Notes: generated by a model from the sequence alone, not told the origin. A stretch of DNA of 64,000 nucleotides from the human T2T-CHM13v2.0 reference genome, Homo sapiens (GCF_009914755.1 NC_060937.1), one strand, 5' to 3'; shown: positions 1 through 13,670, counted from the stretch's first letter. Translations and numbers: made by a program.

Positions 1-473
1 CTGTGAATAAAATAGCCTTCATCATATTTTTCTAAAAAATAAATGGTTGGAAGGCAAATATGCTTCTTTTAGCTTAAACTTGTACTTTTTTTCAAATTAA
101 ATGAATTTAGTTTCTTGAAAGTATGAACGATAAGTATATGTACGGTTTGTCAGTCATGGTGATTATTTCTATTTAAATGTATTGTTTATATAATTTTTTA
201 ACATATTAGGTATTGGTGTGTATGTGTGTATATCTTTAGCATTTTATGACTGTCCACATCAAGTTTTAAGATAGGCCTAGAACTTCTGTCCAAAATTATA
301 TAAAATGTATAATCATTTGTCATAATAGGAGACCAGGTTTTGAATCTAGAAGTACTCACCAAAAATAGTTGTTCTTTGAAAACAACTAACAAGAATTACA
401 GATGCTGGCAGAAGACTGGTGACACCAGTACTCTTACAAAAATAGCTGTTCATTGAAAACAACTAACAAGAAT

Positions 474-1122
474 TTTGGAAGATATGAGATTCTACCTTAA
501 TACAACCTGACATGTGAGTTTGCCACAGTTTCATAGATGCTGGCAGAAGACTGGTGCCACCTGAATTTAAGGGCAATGGCATGGCAGACAGTGTGAATTT
601 CCTGTTTGCCTCTGCTCCTCTTGTCCTCCAAGGGTAAGGCCTGCCTGAGTGTAAGGGCAATGGCATGGCAGGTGGTGTGAACTTCATCTTTGCCTCTGCT
701 CCTCTTGTCCTCCAAGGGTAACACCTGCCTGAGTGTAGGGGCAATGGCATGACAGGTGGTATGAACTTCATGTTTGCCTCTGTTCCTCTTGTCCTCCAAT
801 TCCCACAGTGGAAAATGCAGAGAAGGGCCCGGGTGGATGCTGCACACACAGCAGGCTTTTGTCACAAGTAAGAAACCCTCAGCCCAGGAATCTCTAGTCT
901 TATGAGGGAGTCGTCAATTTTGTCCAACCTTTGCTCTGGAAAGAGATGCTATCTTTATTATTCCAGTTAAGAAACACATTTGCCATTCTCCCCAGAAAGA
1001 GACACTATCTCTAGCTTTCAAGGCTGTTTACTGTACAAATCTCCTTGAAAAAATAGTCTTGAAAAAAGCTGCCCATCCTTCTTCACAAAATATGTAGAAA
1101 CTTGTCAAGAATTATCTGCAAT
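474..1122 (-). mobile_element. ERVL-class solo LTR, LTR40-like
   Basis: Matches recalled reverse-complement consensus blocks GATATGAGATTCTACC...GATGCTGGCAGAAGAC, GGTGGATGCTGCACACACAG and GAGACACTATCTCTA...AAGGCTGTTT...TCCTTGAAAA. Subfamily is from memory. Confidence 0.6.
560..799. repeat. 84-bp tandem repeat, about 3 copies, inside the LTR40-like element
   Basis: GGGCAATGGCAT recurs at 571, 655 and 739 (period 84). This produces the 28-aa repeats in ORFs 463..849 and 497..865. Confidence 0.92.
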
Positions 1123-1181
1123 AATCATATATAATAATATATAAGATATTATTATATATAATAATGATTGCATATAATTCT
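1108..1181. repeat. Imperfect AT-rich palindrome (hairpin-capable)
   Basis: Left arm is AGAATTATCTGCAATAATCATATATAATAATAT. The reverse complement of the right arm is AGAATTATATGCAATCATTATTATATATAATAATAT. Loop is about 5 nt. Confidence 0.8.
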
Positions 1182-1539
1182 AGGAATATTAATTGCTCTC
1201 AGAACTCACAATATCATCAAAATTTGACCATTCATAATATACTGTAAGTATATAAAGGCCACATTGTCACTAGTTAGTCCAAATAAAAGATTCAGAATAG
1301 AGCAAGCTTTACTAAAGTTCACTTCAGAAATAAATTAAATTGTGAGACCTTTGTGATAAAAATGGGCTTTAATCACTTTGTATTGCTTTAAAGTAAAGCA
1401 CTACACGTCATAGTTACTAGCCTCTGATAGTAAAATCTCTTGTTTTCAAATTCTCAGCATCAATTACTTTGGATAAATGCCCACATCTAGACTATGTAAT
1501 TCCGGTAGACTGCCAATCACCAGACCCACAAGAGGCCAA

Positions 1540-1595
1540 AAGGCTTAGAACAGTAACTGGCACAGAGCAAGTGCCATTTAAGTATTTGTTACACA
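1540..1595 (+). mobile_element. L2/MIR 3' tail fragment
   Basis: GGCTTAGAACAGTAACTGGCACAGAGCAAGTGCC...AAGTATTTGTT resembles the L2/MIR tail CCTGGCACATAGTAGGCGCTCAATAAATATTTGTTG. Confidence 0.55.
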
Positions 1596-1669
1596 AACAA
1601 AATTAAACCAAATAACTCTAAAAAAGGTCATGCTCAGTAACACGTCATTGCATGATATCAAATCTCACT

Positions 1670-3150
1670 TTTTTCTAAATTTATAATAGATAATTCACTA
1701 TTATTCAAAATCCAAAATTCACCGTTATTCAAAATTCAAAACATATAGATTTACAATTTTATTTTTCATACATTTGTCCCTCAGGCACCCAGTTTTCCTC
1801 ATTATAGGCCAACAATACAATTACTTTTTATCTTTGGATAAGTTTTATGGACATAAAATATATCCAAATCCAAAGTATACATATACAAACTACTGTCTTC
1901 TTATTTTAGTATAAAGAGTAGCAAACCACACACATTATTTTGTCTTGTTTTCTTCACTGACATATGAATGAAGGACATTGTACATTCAACATGTATGAAG
2001 ATTTCTTATTTTGTTTTGTAGCCACATGTTACATCATTCTGTGGATTTACAATAGCACATCAAACCTGTCTTCTATTGTTGAATATTAAAATAATTGCCA
2101 ATATTTTGCTGTCCTAAACAAAATCACAATATTAAAATTTCAAGTGACTCACTTTGTAGGTGTGTAGGAAGACTCGTCAGATAAATTATTAGACATGGTA
2201 TTGTTTAATCAAAGCGTTTGTGCCATTTTGTGGGGTGAGTGAAAAAAGGTTGCCATAGGTAACATCCACAGATTTATATTCTTTAAATTTCCTCTAATAA
2301 TCAATGAAGATACCTGTTCATCAAACCATCCCTACAAACTTTATAATCAGAAAAGAAGAAAGAGGGAGAAATGAAAATAAACCAAGCTTACAGCACATTA
2401 ATCACTGAATCAGCTCACTCTCTGACCTGCTTCCTCATAGTTGTTTGCTGCCTGTTCCCCTAGAATCAGGCAGTCCCTGTTACAAGATTATAGTTCCACT
2501 TAACTGCTCTATAGATAACAACTTAAGCATTGTAAAACTTGCGTTTTCAATTTGAGATGTTATTTAGGTCCTCTATACCAGTGAAACTGCTGATGTCAGC
2601 TGGGCTGAAGGACCCCACAAGAAACTGACTCACCAAATAATGCATTTCTACATTGTGATGATTTCATTTTCCTTACCCTGATCAATCAATGACTCCAATT
2701 TTCCATCCCCTCACCCACCATGATCCCCTTAAAAACTCCAACCCAGAACTTCACAATGAGGCAGATTGGAGGGTTCCTCCCATCTCCTTGTGTGGCCATC
2801 CTGCAGTCATTAAACTCTTTATTTGCCATAAATTTTGCTATCTTGGTGTATTGGTCTATACTGTGCAACAGGCATATGAACCTGGTGGTGATCTGATGCG
2901 TATACACTCACTAACAAAATATGCTATCACATGCTGAGTTTTTGCCAATCTGAAAAGTTAAAAATGACACAGTAATGCATCTATTTTGCATTTCCCCTAC
3001 TGTGAACAAAATTGGCCAAATTACATCATATAATTATGAGATAATTATACTTCTTCACTAGATAATTATTTATTTACCACTTTTGAATGCCCTTCTACTT
3101 TCATTTCAATTTGGAAAAGCACTTTGTCCCATAAATGTCAGTTTTTTGTC
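1670..3150 (-). mobile_element. Ancient L1M (L1MC/ME-like) 3' region, interrupted by an ERV1 LTR
   Basis: Degenerate antisense L1 motifs (TCTATTGTTGAATATT...CCAATATTTTGCTG; TTTTGCCAATCTG...ATTTTGCATTTCCC) lie on both sides of the LTR at 2345-2900. Confidence 0.55.
2345..2900 (+). mobile_element. ERV1 MER4-group solo LTR (MER39-like)
   Basis: Contains AAACCAAGCTTACAGCAC...CTGACCTGCTTCCTCATAGTTG...TTAACTGCTCTATAGATAACAAC...CCCTTAAAAAC (TATA-like)...ATTAAA (polyA signal). Confidence 0.7.
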
Positions 3151-3159
3151 CTTGAGTTA

Positions 3160-3580
3160 CGAATATTTCTTGTTACACAGTTCTGGTTGCTGGAAGTCCA
3201 AAATCAAGTGTAAGGCCCAAAATAGGGCCATACCCTCTCTGAAACCAGAAGCAAGACTCTTCTCTTCATATTGCTGGCTTCTGATTGTTATCAGGAAGTC
3301 TTTGGTGTTTCTTGGCTTGTAGATGCATCATCCAAATCCTTCATTTTTACATAAAATTTCCCTGAATGTCTTCATATTATCTTCCCTCTGTGCAAAGCTG
3401 TCCCTGGGTCTATATTTCTATTTTTATAGAGGATGCAAATCATGTTGGATTATAATCCACCCTAATGATAATTGTATCCTCATTACCTCTGTAAAGATAT
3501 TATTTCCAAATAAGGTCATATTCTGAGATTAGAAATTCAATGTCTTCTTGAGAGAACACAATTCAGCCTAACATATAACA
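3160..3580 (-). mobile_element. MLT1 (MLT1C-like) MaLR LTR
   Basis: CACAGTTCTGG..CTGGAAGTCCAAAATCAAG and TTTCCAAATAAGGTCATATTCTGAG...ACACAATTCAGCC are antisense MLT1 hallmarks. Confidence 0.8.
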
Positions 3581-3820
3581 CCTTTTAACTTTAATTATGA
3601 TGATATGGCTATGCAGAGTGTTCATTGATTTTTTCCTTTTTTTCACCTATGGAATTCATGAAACTCCTTTTATCTCATTAAATTTTATCAAATTAATTAA
3701 ATTTATTTAAAAATTTAGCTACACCTCACATATGTTGATGAAACTAATTGGATATCAGCATGATTAATTTTACTATGCCAAGTCACTCATTGATTTATAT
3801 ACTCAACTGTTCTGATTTTT

Positions 3821-3893
3821 TATTAAAGACATCTTTACAGTTATGCTGTATTAAAGGCATCTTTACAGTTACATTGTATTAAAAGGCATGTTT
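3821..3893. repeat. 28-bp tandem repeat, about 2.6 copies
   Basis: TATTAAAG(A/G)CATCTTTACAGTTA occurs twice, followed by a partial third copy. Confidence 0.75.
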
Positions 3894-3916
3894 AAAAAAA
3901 CAAAGAATAATATGTC

Positions 3917-4346
3917 TGTAAATATACGAAAAATGTACCCCCACAAAGATAGCCACACACTAATTCCTAGAACCTGTGAATGGGTTAACTTACATAGTAA
4001 AAAGGGAGTTTGCTGCAGTAATTAGGTTAAGGATTTTGGGCTGTGATAATTACTCCAGTTTCAATGTAATCGCAAAGGTCCTCATAAAAGGAGGGGACAT
4101 CAAATTCAGAAGAATTGCTGGAATGATGCACTCTGGACATGGAAGAGGGAACAAAAATAAGGATTGTCAGTAACATTTAGAAACTGGAAAAGACCTGGAT
4201 TCAGACTCACTCCTGAAGCCTCTAGAAGAAACACAGCACTGCCATAACATTGATTAGGCTGCCGACCTCCAGAAGTGTAAGAGAATAAATGTTTGTTATA
4301 TAAGCCAATAACTTTCATTTGTTAAAGAACCAATCAGAAACTAACA
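3917..4346 (+). mobile_element. MLT1D-like MaLR LTR
   Basis: CTAATTCCTAGAACCTGTGAAT...GACCTCCAGAAGTGTAAGAGAATAAATG...AGAAACTAACA. Confidence 0.8.
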
Positions 4347-5199
<853 letters not shown>

Positions 5200-5200
5200 G

Positions 5201-5720
5201 TGCAGTGACTGATAGTTATTTCCTTCTTCCAGAGTGACAGCAGAGTGATACCTCTACATACAGTTAGCCGGTTAGACTGCATTTCCCTAGCTCCTTTGGT
5301 CTTAGGTGTTGCCACGCGACTGAGTCCTCACAAATGGTGTATATACAAAAGTGATGATGGGCTACAGTTCTGTGTCTGAGCTTCAAGCCATTGGGCAAAT
5401 GATTCTTTATACTCTATCCACTTGTAGCTAGAATATGGACATGTAGGTAACTTCAATTTACATGTAGAGTTATTTCGTGGATTTCTTAGATTTAATGCAC
5501 AATAAATGTTTACCCTTCCGTGGTCTTCTATGGTGAGGAAGCACATTAGCAGAGGAAGAATGTGACACAGAAGTATACAATGGGAATATTTGCATCAATA
5601 CTGAGGAAACAGACAGCGTAGCCACAAATCTACCTGAAATTCTATTATTAGGGGAGGAAGCTCTTCTAAACTTACGTGAGATAAACTACTTTTGTGAGCC
5701 TTAACTCTTTAAATATTACA
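5201..5720 (+). mobile_element. Old MLT1 (J/K-like) LTR, degenerate
   Basis: AGACTGCATTTCCCTAGCTCCTTTG...TAGGTGTTGCCACGCGACTGAGTCCTC resembles the MLT1J 5' portion. The 3' boundary is uncertain. Confidence 0.5.
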
Positions 5721-5912
5721 GCTAGGTTAGTGGTGATGATTATTCTTCTCAGGACACATCCTACCGCTCCATGTTTTCTTTGTATCCATGAATTAATTTA
5801 GATACCCAACATATTCCATACGAAAATTATAAGGAATGTACATGGAGATAATAACTAGACATTAAAAAAATGACAGCCCTCACCAGATTGTCGAAGCAGA
5901 GAGCATACATGG

Positions 5913-8214
5913 TGATATAGTTTGAATGTGTGTCCCCTCCAACCCTTATATTGAAATGGGATCCCTAGTCTTGGAGGTGGATCCTAGTGGGAGATGTTTG
6001 GGTCATAGGGGCAGGTCCCTCATGAATGGCTTGGTGCTTAGCTCACAAAATGAGTGTGTTCTCTCTGTATTAGCTTACATGAGAGGTGGTTATTTGAAAT
6101 CTCCTGGGACATCTTCCCCTCTCTCTTGTTCCCTCTTTCATCATGTGACATGCCTGCATCCCCTATCCTTCCACCTTGCTTGTAAGCTTTCTGGGGTCCT
6201 CACCAGGAACAGATGCCAACACTATACTTCTGCAGAACTGTGAGTCAAAATGAAACTATTTTCTTTATAAATTACCCTGCCTCAGATATTCCTTTATAGC
6301 AATGCTAAATGGACTAACACAGATAATTGGTACCAAGGAGTGGGGCATTGTTATAAAGATACCTGGAAATGTGGAAGAGGTTTTGCAACTGGGTAACGGG
6401 CAGAGGTTGGAAGAGTCAGGAGAAAAGACAGAAAGATGAGAGAAAGTTTGGAACTTCTTAGAGACTGGTTAAGTGATTATGACCAAAATGCTGATAGACA
6501 TATGGACAGCCGGAATGACAAAGTCTCAGATGATATTAAGGAATTTATTGTGAACTGGAGCAAGGATTACCCTTGTTACACCTTAGCAAAGAACTTGTAT
6601 GCATTCTGTCTATACCCTACAGATTTGTTGGACTTAACAATGATGACTTAGGTTATCTGGCAGAAGAAACTTCTAAGCAGCAAAGCATTCAAGAAGTAAT
6701 GTAGCTGCTTCTAACAACCTATAATGACATATGGGAGCAAAAGAATGACTTAACATTGGAACTTATAATTAAAAGGGAGGCAGAACATAAGCATTTGGGA
6801 AATACACAGCCCAGCCTTCTGGCAGAGAAGGAAAAAGGATTTTTCAGGGGAAAAATCCAAAGGAGATGAATCAAAGCAACTTGTGGAGCAATCACTTGCT
6901 AGAGAGACTAGCATGAGTAAAAAAAGAACCAGGTGTTAATATCGAAGACAATAGAAAAAAAAAATTCCTGGAAGGTCTTTCAGAAATCTTCCAGACCACG
7001 CCTCCAATTACAAGCTCAAGGGCCTAGAGGGAATGAATGGTTTGGGGGGCCAGGCCTGACACACCACCCTTTGCCACCTTGGGATGCTGCCCCCTGCATC
7101 CTGGCTGCTATAGGTGTGGTTCAGAGGGACCCAGATATTGCTTGGGCTACCACTTAGAAAAGTGCAAGCCATAAGCCTTGGTCCTTCCATGTAGTGTTAA
7201 GCCTGCAGGCATGCAGAATACAAGAGTAGAGGCAAATTGGCAGCTTCTACCTAGATTTCAGAAGCTGTAGGAAGGGGACCATTGCCCTCTGGACCCCAAG
7301 ATGGTACAGCCACCAGCAGCTTGCAGTCTCAGCATGGAAAAGCCACAGGCACCAGATTCCAACTTGTGAGCACAAACATAAGAGCTATACCCAGCAAAGC
7401 CTTAGGGAAAGAGCTGCCTAGGCCTTGGGGACTCACTCCTCACACCAGCATGCCCAAGATGTGGGACATATAGTCAAGGATTATGTTGGAGCTTTGAGGT
7501 CTGCCCTGCTGAATTTTGAGCTGGTGTGAGGGCTGTTGTCCCTATTTCTCCTTTTTGAATGGGAACATTGCCCAATGTGTGTACCACCATTGTATCTTCG
7601 AAGTAAGTAACTTGTTTTTGAACTTACAGTCTCATAGGTGGAAGAAACTGGGCCTGAGTCTCAAATAAGACATTGGACTTAGGACTTTTTAGTTAGTATT
7701 GGAACAAGTTAAGACTTTTGGGAAAATATTGAGAAGGTATCACTGTATTTTGCAGTGTCAAAGGACATTAGATTTGAGGGGCAAAGGGTGGAATAATACA
7801 GTTTGGATACATTTTCCCCTCCAAACCTCACGTTGAAATGTGACCCCAAATGTCAGCAATGAGGCCTAGAGGGAAGGATTTGGGTCATGGCGGTGGATCT
7901 CTCCTGAATGTTTTGGTGCTCTCCTCACAAGGTGAATGAGTTCTAAATCTATTGGTTCCTGCAAGAGCTGGTTTATTTAAAACAACCTGGTAATTCTTCC
8001 TCTCTCTTTGCTCTCTCTCCTGTCAGGTGACATGCCTGTTTTCTCTTCAACTTCTGCCATAATTATAAGCTTCCTGAGGTTTTCACCAAAAGCATACTCT
8101 GGTACTATGCTTCTTCTATAGTCTTCAGAACCAATAACCAAATTAAGCCTCTTTTCTTTACAAATTATTCACTCTCAGGTATTTCTTTATAGCAATGCAG
8201 AAGAGACTAATACA
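5913..8214 (+). mobile_element. MST (MSTB-like) MaLR provirus: 5' LTR 5913-6321, internal 6322-7793, 3' LTR 7794-8214
   Basis: Two direct LTRs (TGATATAGTTTG...GACTAA(C/T)ACA) flank an internal region starting GATAATTGGTACC. The MaLR ORF remnant MRESLELLRDWLSDYDQNAD is present. Confidence 0.92.
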
Positions 8215-8399
8215 CGGGATTAGATACTAAAGGTGTTATACCAAGGATGATAAACATAAGACTAAATACCAATGGTGCTATACCAAGAAGGAGACATATA
8301 AGAATCAAAAGGATTACTTTATTAATATAAAAGGGCTTTCTAGAAATTGAAATTTTACCATTTCGGCTCAAACCTAGAAAATAGTTTTAATAAGCTGCT

Positions 8400-9690
8400 A
8401 GAGAGAAAATCAATCTGGAGTCCATCATGGCCTACAGTTAATGAGCTTAAAATATCACTTCTCCTGGCACACAATAAAGGAAGACTTGATGGCTCAAAAG
8501 GATGAGAATGTTGGAATAGATCTACCCTGTAGAACTTTCTTAGCCACCATCTAAAAGTACTGTCTAAAGAGCTTTTCACAGATTTATTAACCAATGCATT
8601 GATGAGAGGAATGCAACATTATTATAGAGCTAGTTTTCTATGGCTCAAGCATAGTGAAATAAATATGGATGCTGAAATACATATGGACTGCTTGACATCA
8701 ATAAAAATAGAAGACTCACAGAATAAGTAGAGGCTGTTATACTGTACAATTGTCTGAAATAAAATGGGTGCAATTAACATAATATGACACAGGAACAGAA
8801 TGATAACTGGAGAGTTTTGTTCTATAAGGATCTCCGGCAATGGATTTTTAGGAAATGAAATACATGATCAGTCTACTAAGGTACTGCTTGACGTATATTG
8901 GCAAACATATATATACAAAGCAGACCGAGGGAGAGACCAGGTTATGTAGAGAAATGCCATTGCAAAATCGTCTCAGAGGTATACCATGAATCTTCCCTGA
9001 AATCCCTCCTCAGGAAGCTCTGCTTTCAATTACTGAAATAAAAATTCACTGGGAAGAGGAATATACCCAGATATCCTAGGAGTTATTATATCCTGGCTCT
9101 GAACTGATAGTAATCCCTGGTGATATGAAATTCTATCGTGGTCAACCAGAAAAAGTGGGTATTTCTGTGCATCACTTTATAAACGGTATATACTTTATTC
9201 TGTCTTACATTGGGTGCCTTGAGACATTGGATAAATCCTTTGAATATTTATCTTGTTCAAGTGTGTATAGGAGAAATAAATAAATATAGTAACACACAAT
9301 TTCTCTACAAGGGTTTCCTAACATGTACAGCAAAGAATGATATGAAAGGAAAAACCAAGCACAGCTCATGGAACCATTCACCTCAAGATTTATTAAGAGA
9401 GTAAACACAGAACAGTAGCAAATCCATGGAGAAATTGTAGACATTAGTGATAACAGGAAATATTTTAAAAATGCATGTTTGGTGATTTCTCCACATTCTC
9501 CCTTGAAATCACCCATCTGACTGAGGCAAAGACAGATGGGTCATTGATAATGACAAATTATCAAAACCTTAATCAGATGATGATTGCAAATTAAGTGCCC
9601 TGTAATTTTAGTTCCTTTGCTGAAACAAATCAAGACAATTTCAGCAGCTGTTATGCAGCTATTTACCAAATTAAATGATCAGGGTGAAAC
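8400..9690 (+). mobile_element. ERVL-type internal remnant (gag end/protease/RT start), copy 1
   Basis: LLYPGSELIVIPGD (9083-9124) resembles ERVL protease LLDTGSELTLIPGD. FKNACLVISPHSPLKSPI* (9464-9520) resembles LKDAGVVIPTTSPFNSPIW. Confidence 0.75.
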
Positions 9691-9949
9691 TTTGTGAGAT
9701 TAGGGAGCTCTCAGTTTAATGAATATCCTGAAGATTGTGCAATATTGAGAAACATAGAAGTTTCAACCAAGCAGATAGAGACATTACTGTACTCAACTAA
9801 GGATTCACAACTTGTGGGCAATTCTAGTTCTACAGTGAAGGCTATTTAAGATGCAGATAATCACTATTGAAAAACAGCCCTCAAGTAGAACAAGCTGATC
9901 CACTAGTAAATTTACTGTAGGAAAAAAAGCACAACAAAAATGAAAATGA

Positions 9950-10770
9950 ACAACAAAAAATCCATCACATTCTAAAGCAAATCAACAAAATCCAGACATG
10001 CAGCAGTATAACAAAAAAAAAGTGAAATGTGAACCAGAAAAAAGATTAAAACAATAATCGAAACAAACTCAGAGATGACAGAGATGCTAAAATTTGCATA
10101 CGAGGGATTAAAAAATTGTGATCGTCAATATTTAAAAATATATTTTGATCAACCAAATCTTCACAAAAAAATTTATTAACAAACTTTCACTCCTCCAAGA
10201 AATATTAAAGGACTATTTTCAGAGGAAGGAACATGATACAGAAGGAAAGCTGGTTGTGTATAAAGAAGGAAGAGCACTAAAAATTGTAAATATATGAGTA
10301 AACACAAAAGAGATTTTACCATAAATCCTTACTTTTCAAAAATATAATTATCTGCTTAAAGCACAAATACTAACAATGGATTGTGGGGCTCATTCCATAT
10401 GCAGAAACAAAATGTATGACAAAAATTATACAAAGAAGAAGCAGGATTAGCAGGAGTATGAGGGGTTTACATTATCACATTGCATGTGAAGTGGTACAAT
10501 ATTATTCTTGGTAGACAGGATGAGTCTAGCATGCATATTTCAATTCCCTGACTAACCAATTAGAAATAAATAAATAAAACAAAATGTATATCTGATATGC
10601 AAATAGAAGAGACAAAGTGAATATGAAATGAAATCAGTCTAGCAGAACAGAAGGAAAAGAATAGTGAAAGATAAATAAAAACTAGCAGGATTGAAGAATC
10701 AATTCTGATAAGATTGATAATATGTTAAATTTAAAAAATTAAATATTTAATTTAACTGAGATAAGAGATG
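9950..10770 (+). mobile_element. Ancient L1M ORF1/inter-ORF fragments
   Basis: A-rich sense L1 motifs (AAACAAACTCAGAGATGACAGAGATGCTAAAATT; AAGAAATATTAAAGGA...AAGGAAGAGCACTAAAAATTGTAAATATATG). Confidence 0.6.
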
Positions 10771-10799
10771 TTGCACTTGCACATGTACAAAGGGAAACA

Positions 10800-11140
10800 G
10801 TACTTTGTGGATCACCTTCGACTATGGAGGCAATACTTCCTATATCTGGGCATCCTGTTATGACCCTTTTACTGGATTAATTCAAAGTAGTCATGTCTGC
10901 AGAAAATCCATGTTGTTATGTGAGATATTTTGTCATTTGTTCCTTACAATGTAACAAACTCCATTAAATTTGAGTGCTTCCGCAAACAAAGGTGTTATAT
11001 GGAGCTCTGGCAAGCCCCAAGAGAATAATTATAGTGAAGGTGTGGGATTTAGGGTAATGCCAGAACATCTAGTGCTAATAATTAGTACTCATTTTTAAAT
11101 CAGTTCCTGGAAATTCTTTTAGCCATTATTGTACTTGACT
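10800..11140 (+). mobile_element. ERVL-type RNase H remnant, probably the continuation of copy 1
   Basis: TGGAGCTCTGGCAAGCCCCA resembles WSLWQAP. It is followed by a degenerate SSADNYSPFEKQLL-like segment. Confidence 0.6.
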
Positions 11141-11316
11141 TGCCCTGTTGCTGAAAACATCTAAGAAACTGGACAAAAATGTTTTCAAATATGGTGTAAA
11201 GGGCAGTGACAATTTTTGATCCTTAAGAAAAAGAAAATAACTGAAGTAAGTCACAAGAACCTCTGATTCTTCTACCTAGGAATATTTTCCAGTTATGCCT
11301 GAGGGAACTAGAGCAA

Positions 11317-11558
11317 AGCCAAGGCAGAAGGACTGCTTGGGCCCAGGTGTTCAAGACCAGCCTGGGAAAGATAGAAAGACTCTGTCTCTACTAAAAATAA
11401 TTAATAATAAAAATAATAATTAGCCAGGCATAGCAGTGCACACTTGTGGTCCCAGCTTCTCAGGAGGCTGAGTTGGATTGCTTGGACCCAGGAGGTCAAG
11501 TCTGCAAAGAGCCAGGATTGTGCCACTGCACTCCAGCCTGGGTGATAGAATGAGACTC
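11317..11558 (+). mobile_element. AluJ, 5'-truncated and split by the THE1 provirus; its tail resumes at 16190-16205
   Basis: Alu body ends ...GAATGAGACTC. After the THE1 the sequence continues GACCCTGTCTCAAAAA. Confidence 0.88.
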
Positions 11559-13670
11559 TGTATTTGTCCATCTTCATGCTACTGATAAAGACATACCAGA
11601 GACTTGGCAATTTAAAAAGGAAAGAGGTTCAATTGGACTTACAGTTCCACATGGCTGGGGAGGCCTCACAATCATGGTGGAAGGCAAGGAGGAGCAAGTC
11701 ACATCTTGCTTGGATAGCAGCAGGCAAAAAAAAAGAGCTAGTGAAGGAAAAATCCCATTTTAAAAACCATCAGATCTCATGAGACTCATTCACTATCATG
11801 AGAACAGTGAGGGAAAGACCCACCCCCATCATTCAATCAGTTCCCACTGTGTTCCTCCCGTGGCACATAGGAATTCTGGGAGTTACAATTCAAGATGAGA
11901 TTTGAGTGGGTACACAGCCAAACCATATCATTTGACCCCTGGCCCCTCCCAAATCTCATGTCTTCACATTTCAAAACACAGTCATGCCTTCCCAACAGTC
12001 CCGCAAAGTCTTAAATCATTTCAGCATTAACTCAAAAGTCCACAGCCCAAAATCTCATCCAAGACAAGGCAAGTCCCTTCTGCCTATGAGCCTGTAAAAT
12101 CAAAAGCAAGTTAGTTACTTCCTAGATAGAGTGAGGGTACAGGCATTGGGTAAATGCAGCCGTTCAAAATGGGAGAAACTGGCCAAAACAAAGGGACTAC
12201 AGTCCCCATGCAAGTCTGAAATCCAACAGGGCAGTCAAATCTTAAAGGTCCAAAATGATCTCCTTTGACTCCATGTCTCACATTCATTCAGGTCACACTG
12301 ATACAAGGGATGGGTTCCCATGTTCTTGAGCCATTCCACTCCTGTGACTTTGCAGGGCACAACCTCCCCCTGGCTGCTTTCATGGACTGGCATTGAGTGT
12401 CTGTGGCTTTTCCAAGCACATGATGCAAGCTGTCAGTGGATCTGCCATTCTGGGCTCTGGAGGATAGTGGCCCTCTTCTCACAGCTCTACTAGGTGGTGC
12501 TCCAGAGGGGACTCTGTATGGGGGCTCTGCCCCCACATTTCCTTTTCTCACTGCCCTAGCAGAGATTTTCCATAAGGGTTCCACCCCTGCAGCTAACTTT
12601 TACCTGAGAATCCAGGCATTTCCATACGTACCCTGAAATCTAGGCAGAGGTTCCTAAACCTCAATTTGTTGACCTCTGTGTACTTCCATGCTCAACACCA
12701 CATGGAAGCTGCCAAAGCTTTGGGCTTGCACCCTCCGAAGCCACAGCCTGAGCTCTACCTTGGACCCTTTCAGCCACAGCTGAAGCAGCTGAGAGTCAGG
12801 GCACCAAGTCCCTAGGCTGCACACAGCATGGTGACCCTGTGCCCAGCCCACAGAACCACTTTTTCCTCCTAGGCCTCTGGGCCTATGATGGGAGGGGCTG
12901 CTGTGAAGACCTCTGACATGCCCTGGAGACATTTTCCCAATTATCTTGGGGATTAACATTCGGCTTTTCTTTGCTTATGGAAATTTCTGCAGCTGGCTTG
13001 AATTTCTTCTCTGAAAATGGGATTTTCTTCTCCATCCCATTGTCAGGCTGCAAATTTTCCAAATTTTTATGCCCTGCTTCCCTTATGAAACTGAATGCCT
13101 TTAACAGCACCCAAGTTAAATCTTGAATGCTTTTCTGCTTAGAATTTCTTCCAACAGGTACCCTAAATCATCTCTCTTAAGTTCAAAGTTCCACAAATCT
13201 CTAGGGCAGGGGCAAAATGCCACCAGTCTCTGCTGAAACATAACAAGAGTCATCTTTGCTTCAGTTCCCAAAAGTTCTTCATCTCCATCTGAGACCACCT
13301 TAGCCTGGACCTTATTGTTCATATCACTATCAGCATTTTTGTCAAAGTCATTCAACAAGTCTCTAGGAAGTTCCAAACTTTCCCACATTTTCCTGTCTTC
13401 TGACCCCTCCAATCTGTTCCAACCTTTACCTGTTACCCAGTTCCAAAGTCGTTTCCACATTTTCAGGTATCTTTTCAGCAATGCCCCACTCCGCTAGTAC
13501 CAATTTACTGTATTAGTCCGTTTTCATGCTGCTAATGAAGACATGCCAGAGATTGTGCAATTTAAAAAAGAGAGAGGTTTAACTGGACTTACAGTTCCAC
13601 ATGGCTGGGAAGGCTTCACAATCATGGTGGCAGGCAAGGAGGAGCAAGTCACATCTTACATGGATGGCGG

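Noticed and set aside
351-799. Repeat-spacer-like pattern as a CRISPR array
   Set aside because: Units are contiguous, diverged duplications without unique equal-length spacers. The DNA is primate and there are no cas genes.
463-865. 28-aa periodic ORFs as a C2H2 zinc-finger array (84-bp period)
   Set aside because: No CxxC...HxxxH pattern or TGEKPY linker in the frames examined. The repeat lies inside an LTR.
13116-13481. MaLR internal ORF pieces (also 6436..6651, 12288..13110 and 43487..44437) as protein-coding genes
   Set aside because: Fragmented by stops and frameshifts. These are ordinary THE1/MST internal remnants.
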